Shown: positions 10,180-21,285, counted from the first letter of the stretch. The stretch is 64,000 nucleotides of DNA from Acidobacteriota bacterium (GCA_965222655.1 CBDCUP010000019.1:280825-344824), one strand, 5' to 3'. The notes: generated from the letters alone by a model not told the origin. A program made the numbers and translations.

Positions 10180-10959
10180 CTAACCCATTTCCAGGAGGCG
10201 TTCCAGGTTGCCTGAACAGATGGCCCGAACGGTGGACTCGCTCAGCCCCATATGGTGCAGTGCGTAAACGTTGATCCCCATGGCGGAGTCGGGATAGCGG
10301 GATCCAAACAGAATGCGTTTTTCGTCCATGAACTCGAGGAAGCGGTTGATGGGATCGGCGATGGTCAGCCGGGAGGTCTCCACGTGCATGTTGGGAAGAC
10401 TCTTGAGCAGCGGGACGGCCCAGGAGACATTGGAGTAGTGGATCTCGCTGAGCACCACATTGAGACGAGGATGCTCTTTGATGGTGTCGTAGACGTCCGA
10501 GGCGTTCAGCTCCGTAGTATTCCCGAAAACGGTATAGGTGCTGGGAAGCCAGAGAGCTACGCCTTCGCGTTCCATCCAATCCAGCCAGGGACCCACCACC
10601 CACTCGCGGAAGGGATAGTGCTGATACTGAGGCACCATCCGAAGGGAGCGCACCGCAACGTCCTTGATGCTTCGGGTGAGGGCATCGAAGTCGTCGAAGG
10701 AGGGATTACAGAGGAACTGCGGCACCAGCCTCGAATCACCGTGGATCAGCTCCATCAGGATGAGGTTCCCCTCGATGGAATCGTAGGCGACACCGTGAGG
10801 ATGCCAGACCAGTGCACGGTCCACCCCGGCGCGGCCCATTTCCTCGAATAACTGCTCCGGAGTGTCCTTGTTGACAACCTGATCGTGTCGGCGTCCCAGG
10901 GCGACATTGGCATCGAAGACCGGTACCGACGGCTTGAAGTTGAGATCGACTTTTCCCAT
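10180..10959 (-). CDS. amidohydrolase-2 family metal-dependent hydrolase (tandem paralog)
   Basis: Similar architecture; 4-bp spacing to the upstream gene suggests an operon. Confidence 0.65.
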   Translation of the reverse strand: MGKVDLNFKPSVPVFDANVALGRRHDQVVNKDTPEQLFEEMGRAGVDRALVWHPHGVAYDSIEGNLILMELIHGDSRLVPQFLCNPSFDDFDALTRSIKDVAVRSLRMVPQYQHYPFREWVVGPWLDWMEREGVALWLPSTYTVFGNTTELNASDVYDTIKEHPRLNVVLSEIHYSNVSWAVPLLKSLPNMHVETSRLTIADPINRFLEFMDEKRILFGSRYPDSAMGINVYALHHMGLSESTVRAICSGNLERLLEMG

Positions 10960-11106
10960 GGCGTTCTACTTTCCGTTGATAGAACCAAATCCCAGACTCA
11001 CCTGACTCGGGCCGATTCTAGCAGCCGCAACGCCGCCTTTCAATACGGGAAGGTGATCCAAATTCTCACTGATTCCATCCGAATAACAGTAAGGAGGAGA
11101 TGATCC

Positions 11107-12141
11107 ATGAGAGTACTGGTACGACGAACGACGGGAAGGCACCTGACGCTGATTCTGATTCTAGCGGGAATCATGGCTTCCTCAGCGTCGGGAGCCGACG
11201 CAACCTCGTCCAGATTGGACCCAGGGCCGAGATTCAAGATCGAATCGGAAGTGGTTCGCGTTCCTGTAGTGGTTGTCGACGAGGAGGGCCGCCTCTATAC
11301 GGACCTCAAGAATGAGCAATTCAAGATCCTGGAGGATGGAGTCGAACAACCCGTGACAATCTTCACCGGCGGGGAGGCGCCGATGAACATCCTCCTGCTG
11401 TTGGAATACAGCGGTCGCATCCTCCCGCTGCTGGGTGAAGTTTTGTACCCGGCGGACATGTTCATCTCCCAGATCCTGAACGAAGAGGACTACGCCGCCC
11501 TGATCTCTTTCGACATCAAACCCAGGGTGGTCTCGGACTTTACTTCTCACCGCGGCAAGCTTTTCAACTCCCTCAGGGGACTCGCCAATGATCCCCCCTT
11601 TTTCCGCGATAGTTCCCTGTACGACGCGCTCGATTTCGCACTTGCGGGGAACATGGACTATGCGGGATTGTCCAGAGTCCAGGGGCGAACTGCCGTGCTC
11701 CTGATCTCCACGGGCCGCGATAGCCTGAGCAAGATCAACTTCGACGAGGCACGGAGGGTGGTGGCCAACGCCGGAGTGCCCGTCTATTCCATAGGCATAG
11801 GAGAGGGGGCTGCCCTGCGAGCGGATCCCTACACGAGTGACATCGGCCGCCTCGAGCACTACCAATCCAGAAACACGCTGCGCACCTTTTCTGCGAGCTC
11901 AGGCGGCAGATCCTATACGGTCCGGTTCCAGGCCGATATAGAGGAGGTCCTGAAATCCATCGCGGCCATGATCCGCTTCCAGTACACCCTCGGTTACACA
12001 CCTCTCAACGATCGACAAGAGGGCAAGAAGAGAAAGATCAAGGTGTTGGTGGACATAGACGGCGATGGCGAACCAGACAACAAACGTCTGCAACTCCAAC
12101 ACCGTCAGTTCTACGTAGAACCTAAGTACACTGGAACGTAA
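11107..12141 (+). CDS. VWA domain protein of the Acidobacteria-type (TIGR03436-like)
   Basis: Signal peptide, then FKIESEVVRVPVVVVDEEGRLYTDLKNEQFKILEDGVEQPV signature, then a VWA core. Confidence 0.7.
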   Translation: MRVLVRRTTGRHLTLILILAGIMASSASGADATSSRLDPGPRFKIESEVVRVPVVVVDEEGRLYTDLKNEQFKILEDGVEQPVTIFTGGEAPMNILLLLEYSGRILPLLGEVLYPADMFISQILNEEDYAALISFDIKPRVVSDFTSHRGKLFNSLRGLANDPPFFRDSSLYDALDFALAGNMDYAGLSRVQGRTAVLLISTGRDSLSKINFDEARRVVANAGVPVYSIGIGEGAALRADPYTSDIGRLEHYQSRNTLRTFSASSGGRSYTVRFQADIEEVLKSIAAMIRFQYTLGYTPLNDRQEGKKRKIKVLVDIDGDGEPDNKRLQLQHRQFYVEPKYTGT

Positions 12142-12278
12142 ATACGGCAACGTATGTGGCGAGCGCGACGGGAATGATCGCCACCCAGGGACTTACAGAC
12201 CTCCTTCGCGAACCCCCATTGATCCTTCCAGGCCACCGATATAGCCTGGCTCTAGGATTCCCTCGGCAAGGAGGATAG

Positions 12279-13051
12279 ATGATGAGGACGGCACTGCTTG
12301 TTTTCAGTCTGCTGCTATCCGTGGCGGCGGCATTGGCGAACCCAGCCGAGCACACCGAGGCCCTGGACATCGGCTCGCGACTGGAGCTGTTCGTGGATGA
12401 CTGGCTGATCGATTCCATGAAGGGGGTGAGGCTGAAGCTGCATGAGCCTAAATCCGCCGGGAAGGTTCTCAGCTTCGACAAGCCCTGGGAAGGCAATACA
12501 AGCACCTACGTCAACATCCTCCAGGACGAAGACCGTCTCCGAATGTACTACCGAGGCAGCACCAGCCGCGGCAGCGTCCAGATGTCCTTCCTGAAACCGG
12601 GGGAGGTGGTGGTCCCGGACCATCTACGGGTGATCGCCTATGCCGAGAGTCGCGATGGTGTCACCTGGGAGCGACCCGCCCTGGGCATCTACGAATTTCA
12701 GGGCTCGAAGGAAAACAGTATCGTCTGGATGGACGCGCCGGGGGAGAATACCGCAGGCTGCTTACCAGGCCGCTGACCTTCGAGGGAGAGAACCTGGTTC
12801 TGAACTTCGCCACTTCGGCTGCCGGAAGCATCCGTGTGGAGGTCCAGGACGCCAACGGCAACCCTTTACCTGGCTTCGCCCTGGAGGAATCACCGCTGAT
12901 CTGGGGTGACGAGATCGAGCATACGGTGCGGTGGGCACGGACTCATGCCAAGGCGACTTCAGATAAGCCCCTGGCCAGGATTGCAGGGAAGCCGGTTCGG
13001 CTGCGCTTCGTGATGAAGGACGCGGATCTCTATTCCCTGAGGTTCAGGTAG
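12279..13051 (+). pseudogene. decayed paralog of the beta-propeller glycosidase-like family (N-terminal 160 aa fused out of frame to the C-terminal 100 aa; core deleted)
   Basis: N-terminus matches 25797-27440 (IGSR.ELF.DD..ID, YA.SRDG..WERP.LG..EF.GSK.N) and C-terminus matches its last 100 aa (RPLTFEG.NLV.NF ... GKPVRLRF..KDADLYSLRFR), but in a different frame and lacking about 290 central codons. Confidence 0.65.
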
Positions 13052-13104
13052 CGGGTAGAGCCGCCCACCCGTCCGAGGGCTCTTGCTTCTGTCGCAACGG
13101 GGGT

Positions 13105-14721
13105 TCAGCTCCCGACGTAAAGGGCATGAAAGCGGATATCCTTTACACCCGCTCCTTCGAAGCTCACCTTGATCTTGAAGGGCTTGTCCCATCCGGTAAT
13201 CCCTTCCTTCCCAGGCCAGGAGACCGCGACACGGAGACCTGATTCCTTGAGCACAGCCCCCTTTGCTCCCGAATAGCCGGCCAGGGGACGCTCGAGTTCG
13301 TCCAACAGCTCCAGTCTCAGCGTGGAGTCATTGGAAACCCCTTCGGCGTTGACCCACAGCTTCGCCGGTCCACCGGTCTGGATGGCGGACGTCATGAAGG
13401 CGGCCGAAATCGAGCTGTCCCTGACTGAGAAGGATCCCAGACGGTCGCGCTCCAGCGTGGCCAAACCCACGCCGCCACGGGGTTTCAGGGACCCCGGGTC
13501 CCAGGTTCCGTACCAGATGTAGGTCTGCTCCTCCACGTTCTCGAAGCCCTGGCCCTGGATCAGTCCTCCCTGGTCCCATTCCTGGCGCTCGCCCCTGCGG
13601 AGAAACACGAACTCGGTGACGGGTTCCCGGAAGTGAAGACCATCGTTGCTGACGACAAAGCCCAGGTCGACGGTTCGCCCCTCCCAATCGGGAGAGCCAT
13701 GCCAGATTCCGTAGAGTCCCAGCAGAACGTTCCCTCGGTTCCAGACACTGATCCCTTCATGGGATTCCTCTCCGCTTCCGCTGCGGACCTTCTTGTACTG
13801 TCCCTCTCGGACGAAGGAGAGAGTCCCGGTGGGATCCCAGTGGGCAAAGTCGGCGGAGCGATGGGTCGCTACGGATCGTCCCCAGGTGTCGACCGGAAAG
13901 ACCGGGCGGGATCCCTGACCCGAGGCATGGTACAGACCATTCCATTTGTAGAGTCCGCCAGCCGCCTCGAAGTGATGCTCAGGTAGGACCATGCTTTCCT
14001 TGGGCAGCAGACCGTCCACCGGAATTCCAGGAACGCCCAGACGCCACTTCAAACCATCGCCGCTCAACGCGGGGGCCAGAGTCCCTTTCCCCTTCTTGTC
14101 TCCCTCGCGCCACCAGGTGTGGAGCGACATCTTGAATTGCCTTGAAGGATCGGGGTCTTCGGGGTCATGGATCACCTTCAGATTGATGACACCCAGCGGC
14201 CCTGGCTCCAGCAGCACCAGATTGTTGCTCCGGCTGTCCTCGTACTCCACCAGACCCAACTCGGGGCGCGTCCACTGAATGCCGTCTTCGCTTTCGGCAT
14301 ACGCGGGCCGCCACTTCAAGGGGACCACGTCGACCCGGGGACTCCACATCTTGTCCTGTTCCACCACCGTGAAGGGATCGCGGGCGGCGGCGACGTACCA
14401 GAGTTTGAACTTTCCCTGGTGGCGGATTACGGAGCCGTAGAACTGGACCCCGAACTCGTCCGGAGCCCCCTCGGGGCCTCTGGGGAGGACCGGATTGTCG
14501 GGATGCTTATTGGGTTGGTTCAGCTGCAGTAGGAGGTTATTGGTATAGGGAATCGAGTAACTGTCAAAAGGGAAAAGCACCGCCTCCTTCACGGTCGGAC
14601 GGCTTCCCACCAGAACCGTCACTCCACCGGACTGGTTCTGGGCACGCTCCTCCTCTTGGCAGGAGGCAGTCAACGACAGGCAGAGAAGGAGAGAGTTTCT
14701 GATCCAGGACAGATATTTCAT
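13105..14721 (-). CDS. secreted/lipoprotein beta-propeller glycoside-hydrolase-like protein (GH43/GH130-like fold; family assignment tentative)
   Basis: Signal/lipobox; shares YAES.DG..W.RPELG..EYE.S..NN and WYGTWD motifs with 25797-27440. Confidence 0.55.
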   Translation of the reverse strand: MKYLSWIRNSLLLCLSLTASCQEEERAQNQSGGVTVLVGSRPTVKEAVLFPFDSYSIPYTNNLLLQLNQPNKHPDNPVLPRGPEGAPDEFGVQFYGSVIRHQGKFKLWYVAAARDPFTVVEQDKMWSPRVDVVPLKWRPAYAESEDGIQWTRPELGLVEYEDSRSNNLVLLEPGPLGVINLKVIHDPEDPDPSRQFKMSLHTWWREGDKKGKGTLAPALSGDGLKWRLGVPGIPVDGLLPKESMVLPEHHFEAAGGLYKWNGLYHASGQGSRPVFPVDTWGRSVATHRSADFAHWDPTGTLSFVREGQYKKVRSGSGEESHEGISVWNRGNVLLGLYGIWHGSPDWEGRTVDLGFVVSNDGLHFREPVTEFVFLRRGERQEWDQGGLIQGQGFENVEEQTYIWYGTWDPGSLKPRGGVGLATLERDRLGSFSVRDSSISAAFMTSAIQTGGPAKLWVNAEGVSNDSTLRLELLDELERPLAGYSGAKGAVLKESGLRVAVSWPGKEGITGWDKPFKIKVSFEGAGVKDIRFHALYVGS

Positions 14722-14919
14722 GTGTCTTCAAGCCCTCAGGCCGATCACCACGGGCTTCCAAGCTACGAGGCAACCTATCTACCGAATACTAGATCTTTGG
14801 GCCCGGAAGGGCAATCTCAGAGGGCGCCGTAACAGGGGAATCTCCGGGAAAGACTGCAATTAGGCTCGCAGATTCTCAATCTCCATCGTTATTCTTGGTA
14901 AGCACCAGATTGAAGACAA

Positions 14920-14969
14920 TGGCGCGCCCGGAGAGATTCGAACTCCCGACCTACGGATTCGAAGTCCGT
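14920..14969 (-). repeat. tRNA-Arg(TCG)-like 3' half (anticodon arm to CCA) with no 5' half; att-like direct repeat, copy 1
   Basis: Reverse complement reads acgga-cttcgaa-tccgt aggtc gggag-ttcgaat-ctctc cgggcgc-g-cca; identical 50-mer at 19949-19998; similarity extends with mismatches to about 90 bp. Confidence 0.7.
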
Positions 14970-15639
14970 TCGGGAAAAGTGCCGAATCGTTAGGAAACGT
15001 TAGGAAACACAACAGGATAGCTGGGTTTTCCGCCAATTAGAAAACCGAATCATTAGGAAAGATTAGGAACCGCAGTGGGAGACATTTGGGAGACAGTGGC
15101 TCAGAAGTTCGACTCTGGGGCGCTGTAGGTGCGCTTTTTCAACGCGCTGTAACTCAGCAGTGGCAGGGGTTTCGCGGGAATCTAAACGAAGAAGCTAGTC
15201 GACGTTCTCGCACCCTGGATTCACTATGGAGCGAGGCTTCAGGGGCTTCGAGAGCGACGGGCCAATTTCGGCGGCAAGATGCTGCTCGCTGCTGCCGTCT
15301 ATTTCCGCTATGTCCTGTGTCTTGTCTCCCAAACCGATCGATCCAGTCAGACCAGAGTAAACGGTCAGGACAGTTTTCAGATCTGCGGTCGCCGGGCCTT
15401 CACTGCAAAGGAATCACGTTGACCGGCTGTCCTGAGAGTTGGACATTGCCATCCTCAGCCTGGACTCCCAGGGCGACTCCATAGACTTCGCCTGAACCAG
15501 CCAGTTCCATCTCTACTAGACCCAAAACAAGTAGATGAAAGTGGATTAAGCCGCGTGTAAACACCTGAAATGCCAGACCTGACGGGTATTCTGGAGTTAA
15601 CAAAGAAACCTCAGAGAGACCCGAAAGGAGGCATTTCAG

Positions 15640-17485
15640 GTGAAGAAAAAGCATAGCGCAATCATCCGAAAGCGGGAAGCAGAAGTTGCTGATCGGCTGA
15701 GCCCCAGTTGGAACGGTGAGGATCCGAAACCGGTCCTCTCGGCCGAAGGCATCAGCTACGAGGTCTCGGAGAAAATTCACGGCGTCAGTTACGGTGGGCT
15801 GGGGCTGCTGCGGCAGATCGTGAAGTGGAGCGGGCTGGGGAAAGCGATTGATCAGGGGGTGAAGTTGTTCAAACGCCACCAGCCGTACCACGAATCGGAC
15901 CACGTGCTGAGCCTGATCTACAACGTGGCCACGGGCGGGACCCGCTATCAGGATATCGAAATGCGGCGTCAAAGTGTCAGCTTCCTGGAAGCGGTAGGAG
16001 CGGAGAAGATCCCCGCGCCCAGCACGGCCGGAGATTTTGTGCGCCGCTTCCAAGCGCCGGATGTGATCGATCTGATGGAAGCCGTCAATGAGAGCCGCCG
16101 CAAGGTCTGGGCCCAACAACCGGCGAGGTTCTTCGAACGGGCGGAGATCGACGTGGATGGCACGATTGCCCCCACCAGCGGGGAATGCAAGGAAGGGATG
16201 GAGATCAGCTACGACGGGCAGTGGGGCTATGCACCGTTGATCGTGACGCTGGCCCAGACGGGAGAGGTGCTCTATGCCGTCAACCGCTCGGGGAATCGCC
16301 CCTCTCATGAGGGAGCCCCCGAATGGCTGGATCGGAGTATCGAGTTGGTCCGAGAGGCGGGTTTTCGAACGGTGCGCCTGCGCGGGGACACGGATTTTTC
16401 GCTGACAGCTCATTTTGACCGCTGGACGGAAGCGGGCGTGGAATTTGACTTCGGGATGGATGCCCATCCGAGCTTCATCAAGTGGGCCGAGGCGTTGCCG
16501 CAAGCGAATTGGAAGGAGCTGGTGCGCCCCGGCAAGGAGAAAGGAAAAGGGAAAAAGCGGCGCAAGCGGCGCGACAAAGTGAAGCCGGAGATTGTCAAGG
16601 AGCGCGGGTTCAAGACCCTGAGGCTGGAACGGGAAGAGATCGTGGAGATCGACTACCGTCCGAGCAAAGCGAAGCGAACGTATCGGCTGGTGATCTTGCG
16701 CAAGACGATCCTGGTCGAGAAAGGCCAGAAGCGGCTTCTGCCGCAGACGCGCTATCACTTTTATGTGGTTCATCCGGTAAATGGGGAGGTGCCGCCAGTC
16801 AAAGGTAGGCCATGGAAACTGCCGCACTATGCAAACCGTGGAAAAACAAGTAGTTCTGGAGGAGAACTGGCAAGTGCTCGCAGTTGTTTTTCCACCGTTC
16901 GCACAGCGCTTGGAAAACTCCGTATCACGGGCTTGCTGGCCCGGTTCGATGTCGCTCGGAGTTTTCCACAGTTCCCACGGCCTCTGCTACTGCAGCCGAC
17001 TATATGGACAAGCGAACGGGGAGCAGATTTGGGATCCGGAAGGTGCCAACCACGTCCCCACCTCCCCATTTACCGGATGACCCTTTTATGTCACGAATAT
17101 CCCGGCGGCCCAGTTGGGAACGGCGGGAGTGGTTCGGGAAAACAACCGGCGCTGCAATCAAGAGAACGTCATTGAACAACTCAAGAACGGAGTCGAGGCC
17201 CTGCGGATGCCCTCGGATACGCTGGTGGCCAACTGGGCCTATCTGGTGATTGCGGCGCAGGCCTGGAATCTGAAGGCCTGGATGGGGTTGGTTCTGCCGG
17301 CTCGACTGCAGGCCAGACAGCTGGTGAAGATGGAATATCGCCGTTTCCTGCGAGAGATCATTGAAATGCCCTGCCAGATTCTGCGGAGGGGCCGACGGTT
17401 GGTCTATCGGCTGCTGGATGTCAATGGTTGGAGCCGTCTTCTCCTGGAAGGCAGTAGGTGGTTGAAACGCCGGCCAGCTACCTGA
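15640..17485 (+). pseudogene. IS1380-family-like DDE transposase, disrupted (N-part 15640-about 16800; C-part 17114-17485; about 300-bp non-homologous insert between)
   Basis: C-terminal ORF carries the IS1380-type motif NQENVIEQLKNGVEALRMPSDTLVANWAYLVIAAQAWNLKAW in another frame from the 511-aa N-terminal ORF; the intervening segment holds two perfect hairpins. Confidence 0.55.
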
Positions 17486-17705
17486 AACTGAAAGGAGATA
17501 AAGAAGCTCTGAGGGTCGCGAGAGCTGGGGAGTAGTGTCTCTGAAAACGCCGCTCAAGGGGGCAGAATCGCCCCGCATGAGCGATCGCCGTGCAGGAGTG
17601 CAGAACACGAGCCGAGGTCTAAGGGACTTAGCGGGAAAATCTAGAATTTAGGCCTCCAAAACGGCCCCCAGGAGCCGGGAAAGGGGTCTACTTTCCAACT
17701 TGCGC

Positions 17706-18470
17706 TTATTTTGGGACTAGAGCGGCAGAGACCGTTTCAGGGAAGCCAGTAATCACCTCGTGGAGAAAGAAAGCTCTCTGGCCCAAGATCTGCACTGTTC
17801 CGGTCAGAGTATTGTCACCCTGCACTACTGAACTCCCTGAGTCCTGCTCTGGTAGATGCACCGTGATATTTACAATCGAGTTGGGTACGGTAACAAAGGC
17901 AGCAACCCCCACGTCAAACCCACCACCCCGAGATGTGACAAAACGGAATCCCCTTCCAGCCGGGGAAGGCGGCACGGCGACACTATCGACCAGATTGTCC
18001 TGGGAATCTCGAATGTTGTAGAAGAATGAAAAAGCAAGGTCGGATAGTGCTGCCCCGGAACCCGTTGTTCTAATCCCCTCCCTCGGAACTTGGAGCAATT
18101 CAAGTCTTTCAACGACTGCGAACCCAGCGAATGGATCAAAAAGAACCTTTGTACGGGCGGTTCCAATCTTAATTCTTAAACACTCTTCAGCACCCAGAAA
18201 GATCGGAACTGGTCCCTGATAGGGGAGCTCGTTAATCAAGAGACTAGTGGGAATTGAACGGTCATTTCGAAACACAGCGAACTGACCTTGAAACCCTCCC
18301 GGCGAGCACACCCTCATCACAGGGGAGTAATACAGATCCCCTACCTGTCCAGCCACGAACTGGGGGAATGCAACAGTATTAAATGGGTCGTGAAAGCTCT
18401 CAACCTCAAGAGACGGCACTAGGATGAGGCTGATTAGAATCGTGAATTGGACCAGGCGCTTTGTTTTCAT
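17706..18470 (-). CDS. hypothetical secreted protein (lower-GC islet)
   Basis: Signal peptide MKTKRLVQFTILISLILVPS; GC content drops in this region. Confidence 0.5.
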   Translation of the reverse strand: MKTKRLVQFTILISLILVPSLEVESFHDPFNTVAFPQFVAGQVGDLYYSPVMRVCSPGGFQGQFAVFRNDRSIPTSLLINELPYQGPVPIFLGAEECLRIKIGTARTKVLFDPFAGFAVVERLELLQVPREGIRTTGSGAALSDLAFSFFYNIRDSQDNLVDSVAVPPSPAGRGFRFVTSRGGGFDVGVAAFVTVPNSIVNITVHLPEQDSGSSVVQGDNTLTGTVQILGQRAFFLHEVITGFPETVSAALVPK

Positions 18471-18963
18471 TGCTTTTCCTCCTCCAAAACTGGACTTCCT
18501 TATTACATTGGAGTTGCTAAGGTCGAGACACCTTCGCTCTGAGACCCGTATTGTCAGTAGATTACGCCTAGAAAAGCCGAAAGGGAAATCTGCTCAAAGA
18601 GAATGACTCGGCATCGGACCAACGGGATAGACTTCGCCAGCTTTAGACCCTTTCCTTGGTACTAGAAAAATGCGAAGATCGAGTTGGGTCACCCACTGAA
18701 AGCTGAAACGCCGGAATACCCGCCTCCGTTTCGGTCTCAAAGGGGCGATCCGGCGCACTTTTTGCGCCGCTTTTAAAATCCGCTTCCTGCCTGGATTTGG
18801 CTGTAGTCGTCGCTCGCAGTTCAATGCTTCCTCTGAGCTGATAACGCGGCCCCGATTGCCAAGCCTATAGCCCCAGTGTCCCATACCGCCTGATGACCTA
18901 GCCCACCTGCCGCCTTGAAGCGCAGCAGAAAGAAGTGGCAAGATGGAGCAAATCGTCAGACTA

Positions 18964-19557
18964 CTATCTGACTCGAATATACCAATATGCCTGCATCAAA
19001 GATGCGATCTGCGCACCTGGATACTCTACCCGACCACGACTTCGAATAGTCTGCGGTGAAGGCCAAGGATCTCTTACAACAACTGACTGTACAATTGGTC
19101 CCCTCGCTGACCGAATAAAGCTTGCATCCGTGACAACGACAGCGTGCCCACTTGGGCCTGATTGGTATGCCACTATCACAGGTCTTCCTTGACTCAGTTC
19201 CTCAAGCAATATTGCTGGTGTTGGTACTCCAACATTCAGTGATGCCGTAACCAAGTATCGTCGCCCTCTGTAGTCAATACTCCAATTGTGCAGGTTAGCC
19301 GTTATTACCCGAAGACTCCCCCCCCAATTCGGCAGGCGGCCAAATGGGTCTGTACGATATGTTCTCGCTACGATTTGTTCTTGCGTTATAGCAACGCCAT
19401 AGTAATTGAGAATCATCTGAATTGATGCAGCCCAACACCATTGAGAGTTGCTTTGAGAGGCCGCAGAAAAAGTCATCTGGGCAGAACGTATTCCTACGTA
19501 TTGGGGAGGCAGCGGATACTGCCTGATTGGGTAACGATCCTCCGCCAGTGCACCCAC
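18964..19557 (-). CDS. C39-like papain-fold cysteine peptidase domain protein
   Basis: QWCWAASIQMILNYYG catalytic-Cys motif and downstream GHAVVV His motif. Confidence 0.6.
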   Translation of the reverse strand: MGALAEDRYPIRQYPLPPQYVGIRSAQMTFSAASQSNSQWCWAASIQMILNYYGVAITQEQIVARTYRTDPFGRLPNWGGSLRVITANLHNWSIDYRGRRYLVTASLNVGVPTPAILLEELSQGRPVIVAYQSGPSGHAVVVTDASFIRSARGPIVQSVVVRDPWPSPQTIRSRGRVEYPGAQIASLMQAYWYIRVR

Positions 19558-19681
19558 CGGAGATTGCGACGACGAGTCTTCTTCTTGCTGTTTGCTCGAA
19601 TTCGAGAGGGCATCAGTCCTAGCCGGTCACTAGCCTATGGCTTAGGCGTCTTGAAAGAGGAGTTTCCCCTGGGGTGGAACG

Positions 19682-19942
19682 TGTGCAAAATGGGCACAGG
19701 TCCCGTGGTTAAGAATTCACGATCTGCGGCGATTTCGGGCAACCCAGTGGGCAATGGCAGGTATCCCAGTGCACACGATTCAGAAGCTTCTCGGGCATGC
19801 TAGTTTGCAGACGACGACAAGGTATCTACAACATGTGGACGCCTCGTTCGACCTTGTGCGGGCGGCTTTTGAGCGGGAGAGTGGGAGACAAATAGGAGAC
19901 ACCCCTGAAGGCCTGTCAGAGGCACTTCCGCTAAACCATTGA
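19682..19942 (+). pseudogene. tyrosine recombinase (phage integrase) C-terminal remnant
   Basis: Frame reads WLRIHDLRRFRATQWAMAGIPVHTIQKLLGHASLQTTTRYLQHV (R...HxxR...Y catalytic box); no upstream N-terminal domain; ends 7 bp before the att-like repeat. Confidence 0.7.
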
Positions 19943-19948
19943 AAAGAA

Positions 19949-19998
19949 TGGCGCGCCCGGAGAGATTCGAACTCCCGACCTACGGATTCGAAGTCCGT
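19949..19998 (-). repeat. tRNA-Arg(TCG)-like 3' half, att-like direct repeat copy 2
   Basis: Identical 50-mer to 14920-14969; no tRNA 5' half follows. Confidence 0.7.
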
Positions 19999-20508
19999 GA
20001 CGCAAAAGCACGAATCGTGACGAAACCTTTATAAAACAACGCATCTGGCCTGGTTCTCCGTCAGCGACAAACGTGAATCATGACGATAGATTGAGCATCG
20101 CAGCGGGTGAAAAGCGGGTGATCACCCACTCACCCTCCCGACCCTCAGGATTTCAGGAGCAACCGTACAACCGAATTCAATCGCGCCGCTTGGGGGGATC
20201 CCTTTTCCCTCACTCCAGAGCTGCCTCACTTCCGGGCTCGCAGACGCCAGTAGTATGTGCCACCTCTTCGGCAATAGCGCCCAGGAGGTCATCGACTTGT
20301 GCGATGAGACTTGTGGTTTGGATCTGGGCGGGTACAAGCGATTGCGAGGAGTCCTACGTACAGCTCTAGATGAATGGCAAAAGAAGGGGCCCGATGACTG
20401 GGTTGGCGATTTCAGAGTGATTCAAGCGTTCTGGTGGGCAGTGGATCGTGAGATCGGGATTGCCGAGGGCTAGTCCCTGGCGTCGTTTCGGGTGCCAGAG
20501 ACAGAGTG

Positions 20509-21285
20509 TCAGGGTACTTGATTCATGACCGTCGATGGTATAGTTGTGAAGAGGGTACTCCCGGTTTGGCGTAGTCCGATCATTGACAGCACCTGCCCCG
20601 AGTCCGCCATCACCATCACCGTGCCGACGAAGTCAGGTGGGATCTCCGCGCCCGGCAGTTCATCCACGAACAGCGCAATCTTCGTCATCATACTCAGAGT
20701 CTGGCTATGGGATACAATGACGTCAAACGTCGGATCATAGACATTGATCTGTATCTGCTGGTCGACATTGCTGCTATTGAAAACCGCGATTCCCAGCCGC
20801 ACGTTGCCCCGTTGGTCCATCGTCACCTGCAGCATGTTACCTCGAGGGGAAGAGAAAACTGTGGCCTCAGCCAACTTCTCTCCGTCGGCTGCATAGTAGG
20901 AATAGATCACCTGTGCTGTGACCTCACTCGAGCAGTTCACAGTCAATGCGCCCGTCTGGAGGGGCACCGTTCCGAACACCTTGTAGACGGCCCAGCCGAA
21001 AGGAATCAGACCGAAATTAAATGAAGAGGCGCTTTCCCCACCCACGATATCAACGAACGTCGGTGTGGCGCCCTTCGTTTCCACAGCACAACTGACGCCG
21101 GTGGCCGAGGTCCAATTCGTAACCATCAGCGTAAACTCGTAGTAGCTTCCGTCCGGAAAAGAGCCGAAAACCACCTGAGGGATTTCGTGGAAGGTAGCGC
21201 GTCCATCGGAAGCTCCGGTGGCTTGGGCTAGGGCCGATGTGGGTACCACGAACAATAGACTGATGAGGACAATTGTCTTCTTCAT
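20509..21285 (-). CDS. hypothetical secreted protein
   Basis: Signal peptide MKKTIVLISLLFVVPTSALA; 258 aa. Confidence 0.5.
   Translation of the reverse strand: MKKTIVLISLLFVVPTSALAQATGASDGRATFHEIPQVVFGSFPDGSYYEFTLMVTNWTSATGVSCAVETKGATPTFVDIVGGESASSFNFGLIPFGWAVYKVFGTVPLQTGALTVNCSSEVTAQVIYSYYAADGEKLAEATVFSSPRGNMLQVTMDQRGNVRLGIAVFNSSNVDQQIQINVYDPTFDVIVSHSQTLSMMTKIALFVDELPGAEIPPDFVGTVMVMADSGQVLSMIGLRQTGSTLFTTIPSTVMNQVP

Noticed and set aside
15400-16827. 475-aa ORF on the minus strand
   Set aside because: It lies exactly antisense to the IS1380-like transposase ORF. This is the typical long antisense ORF of GC-rich DNA. It has no motif support.
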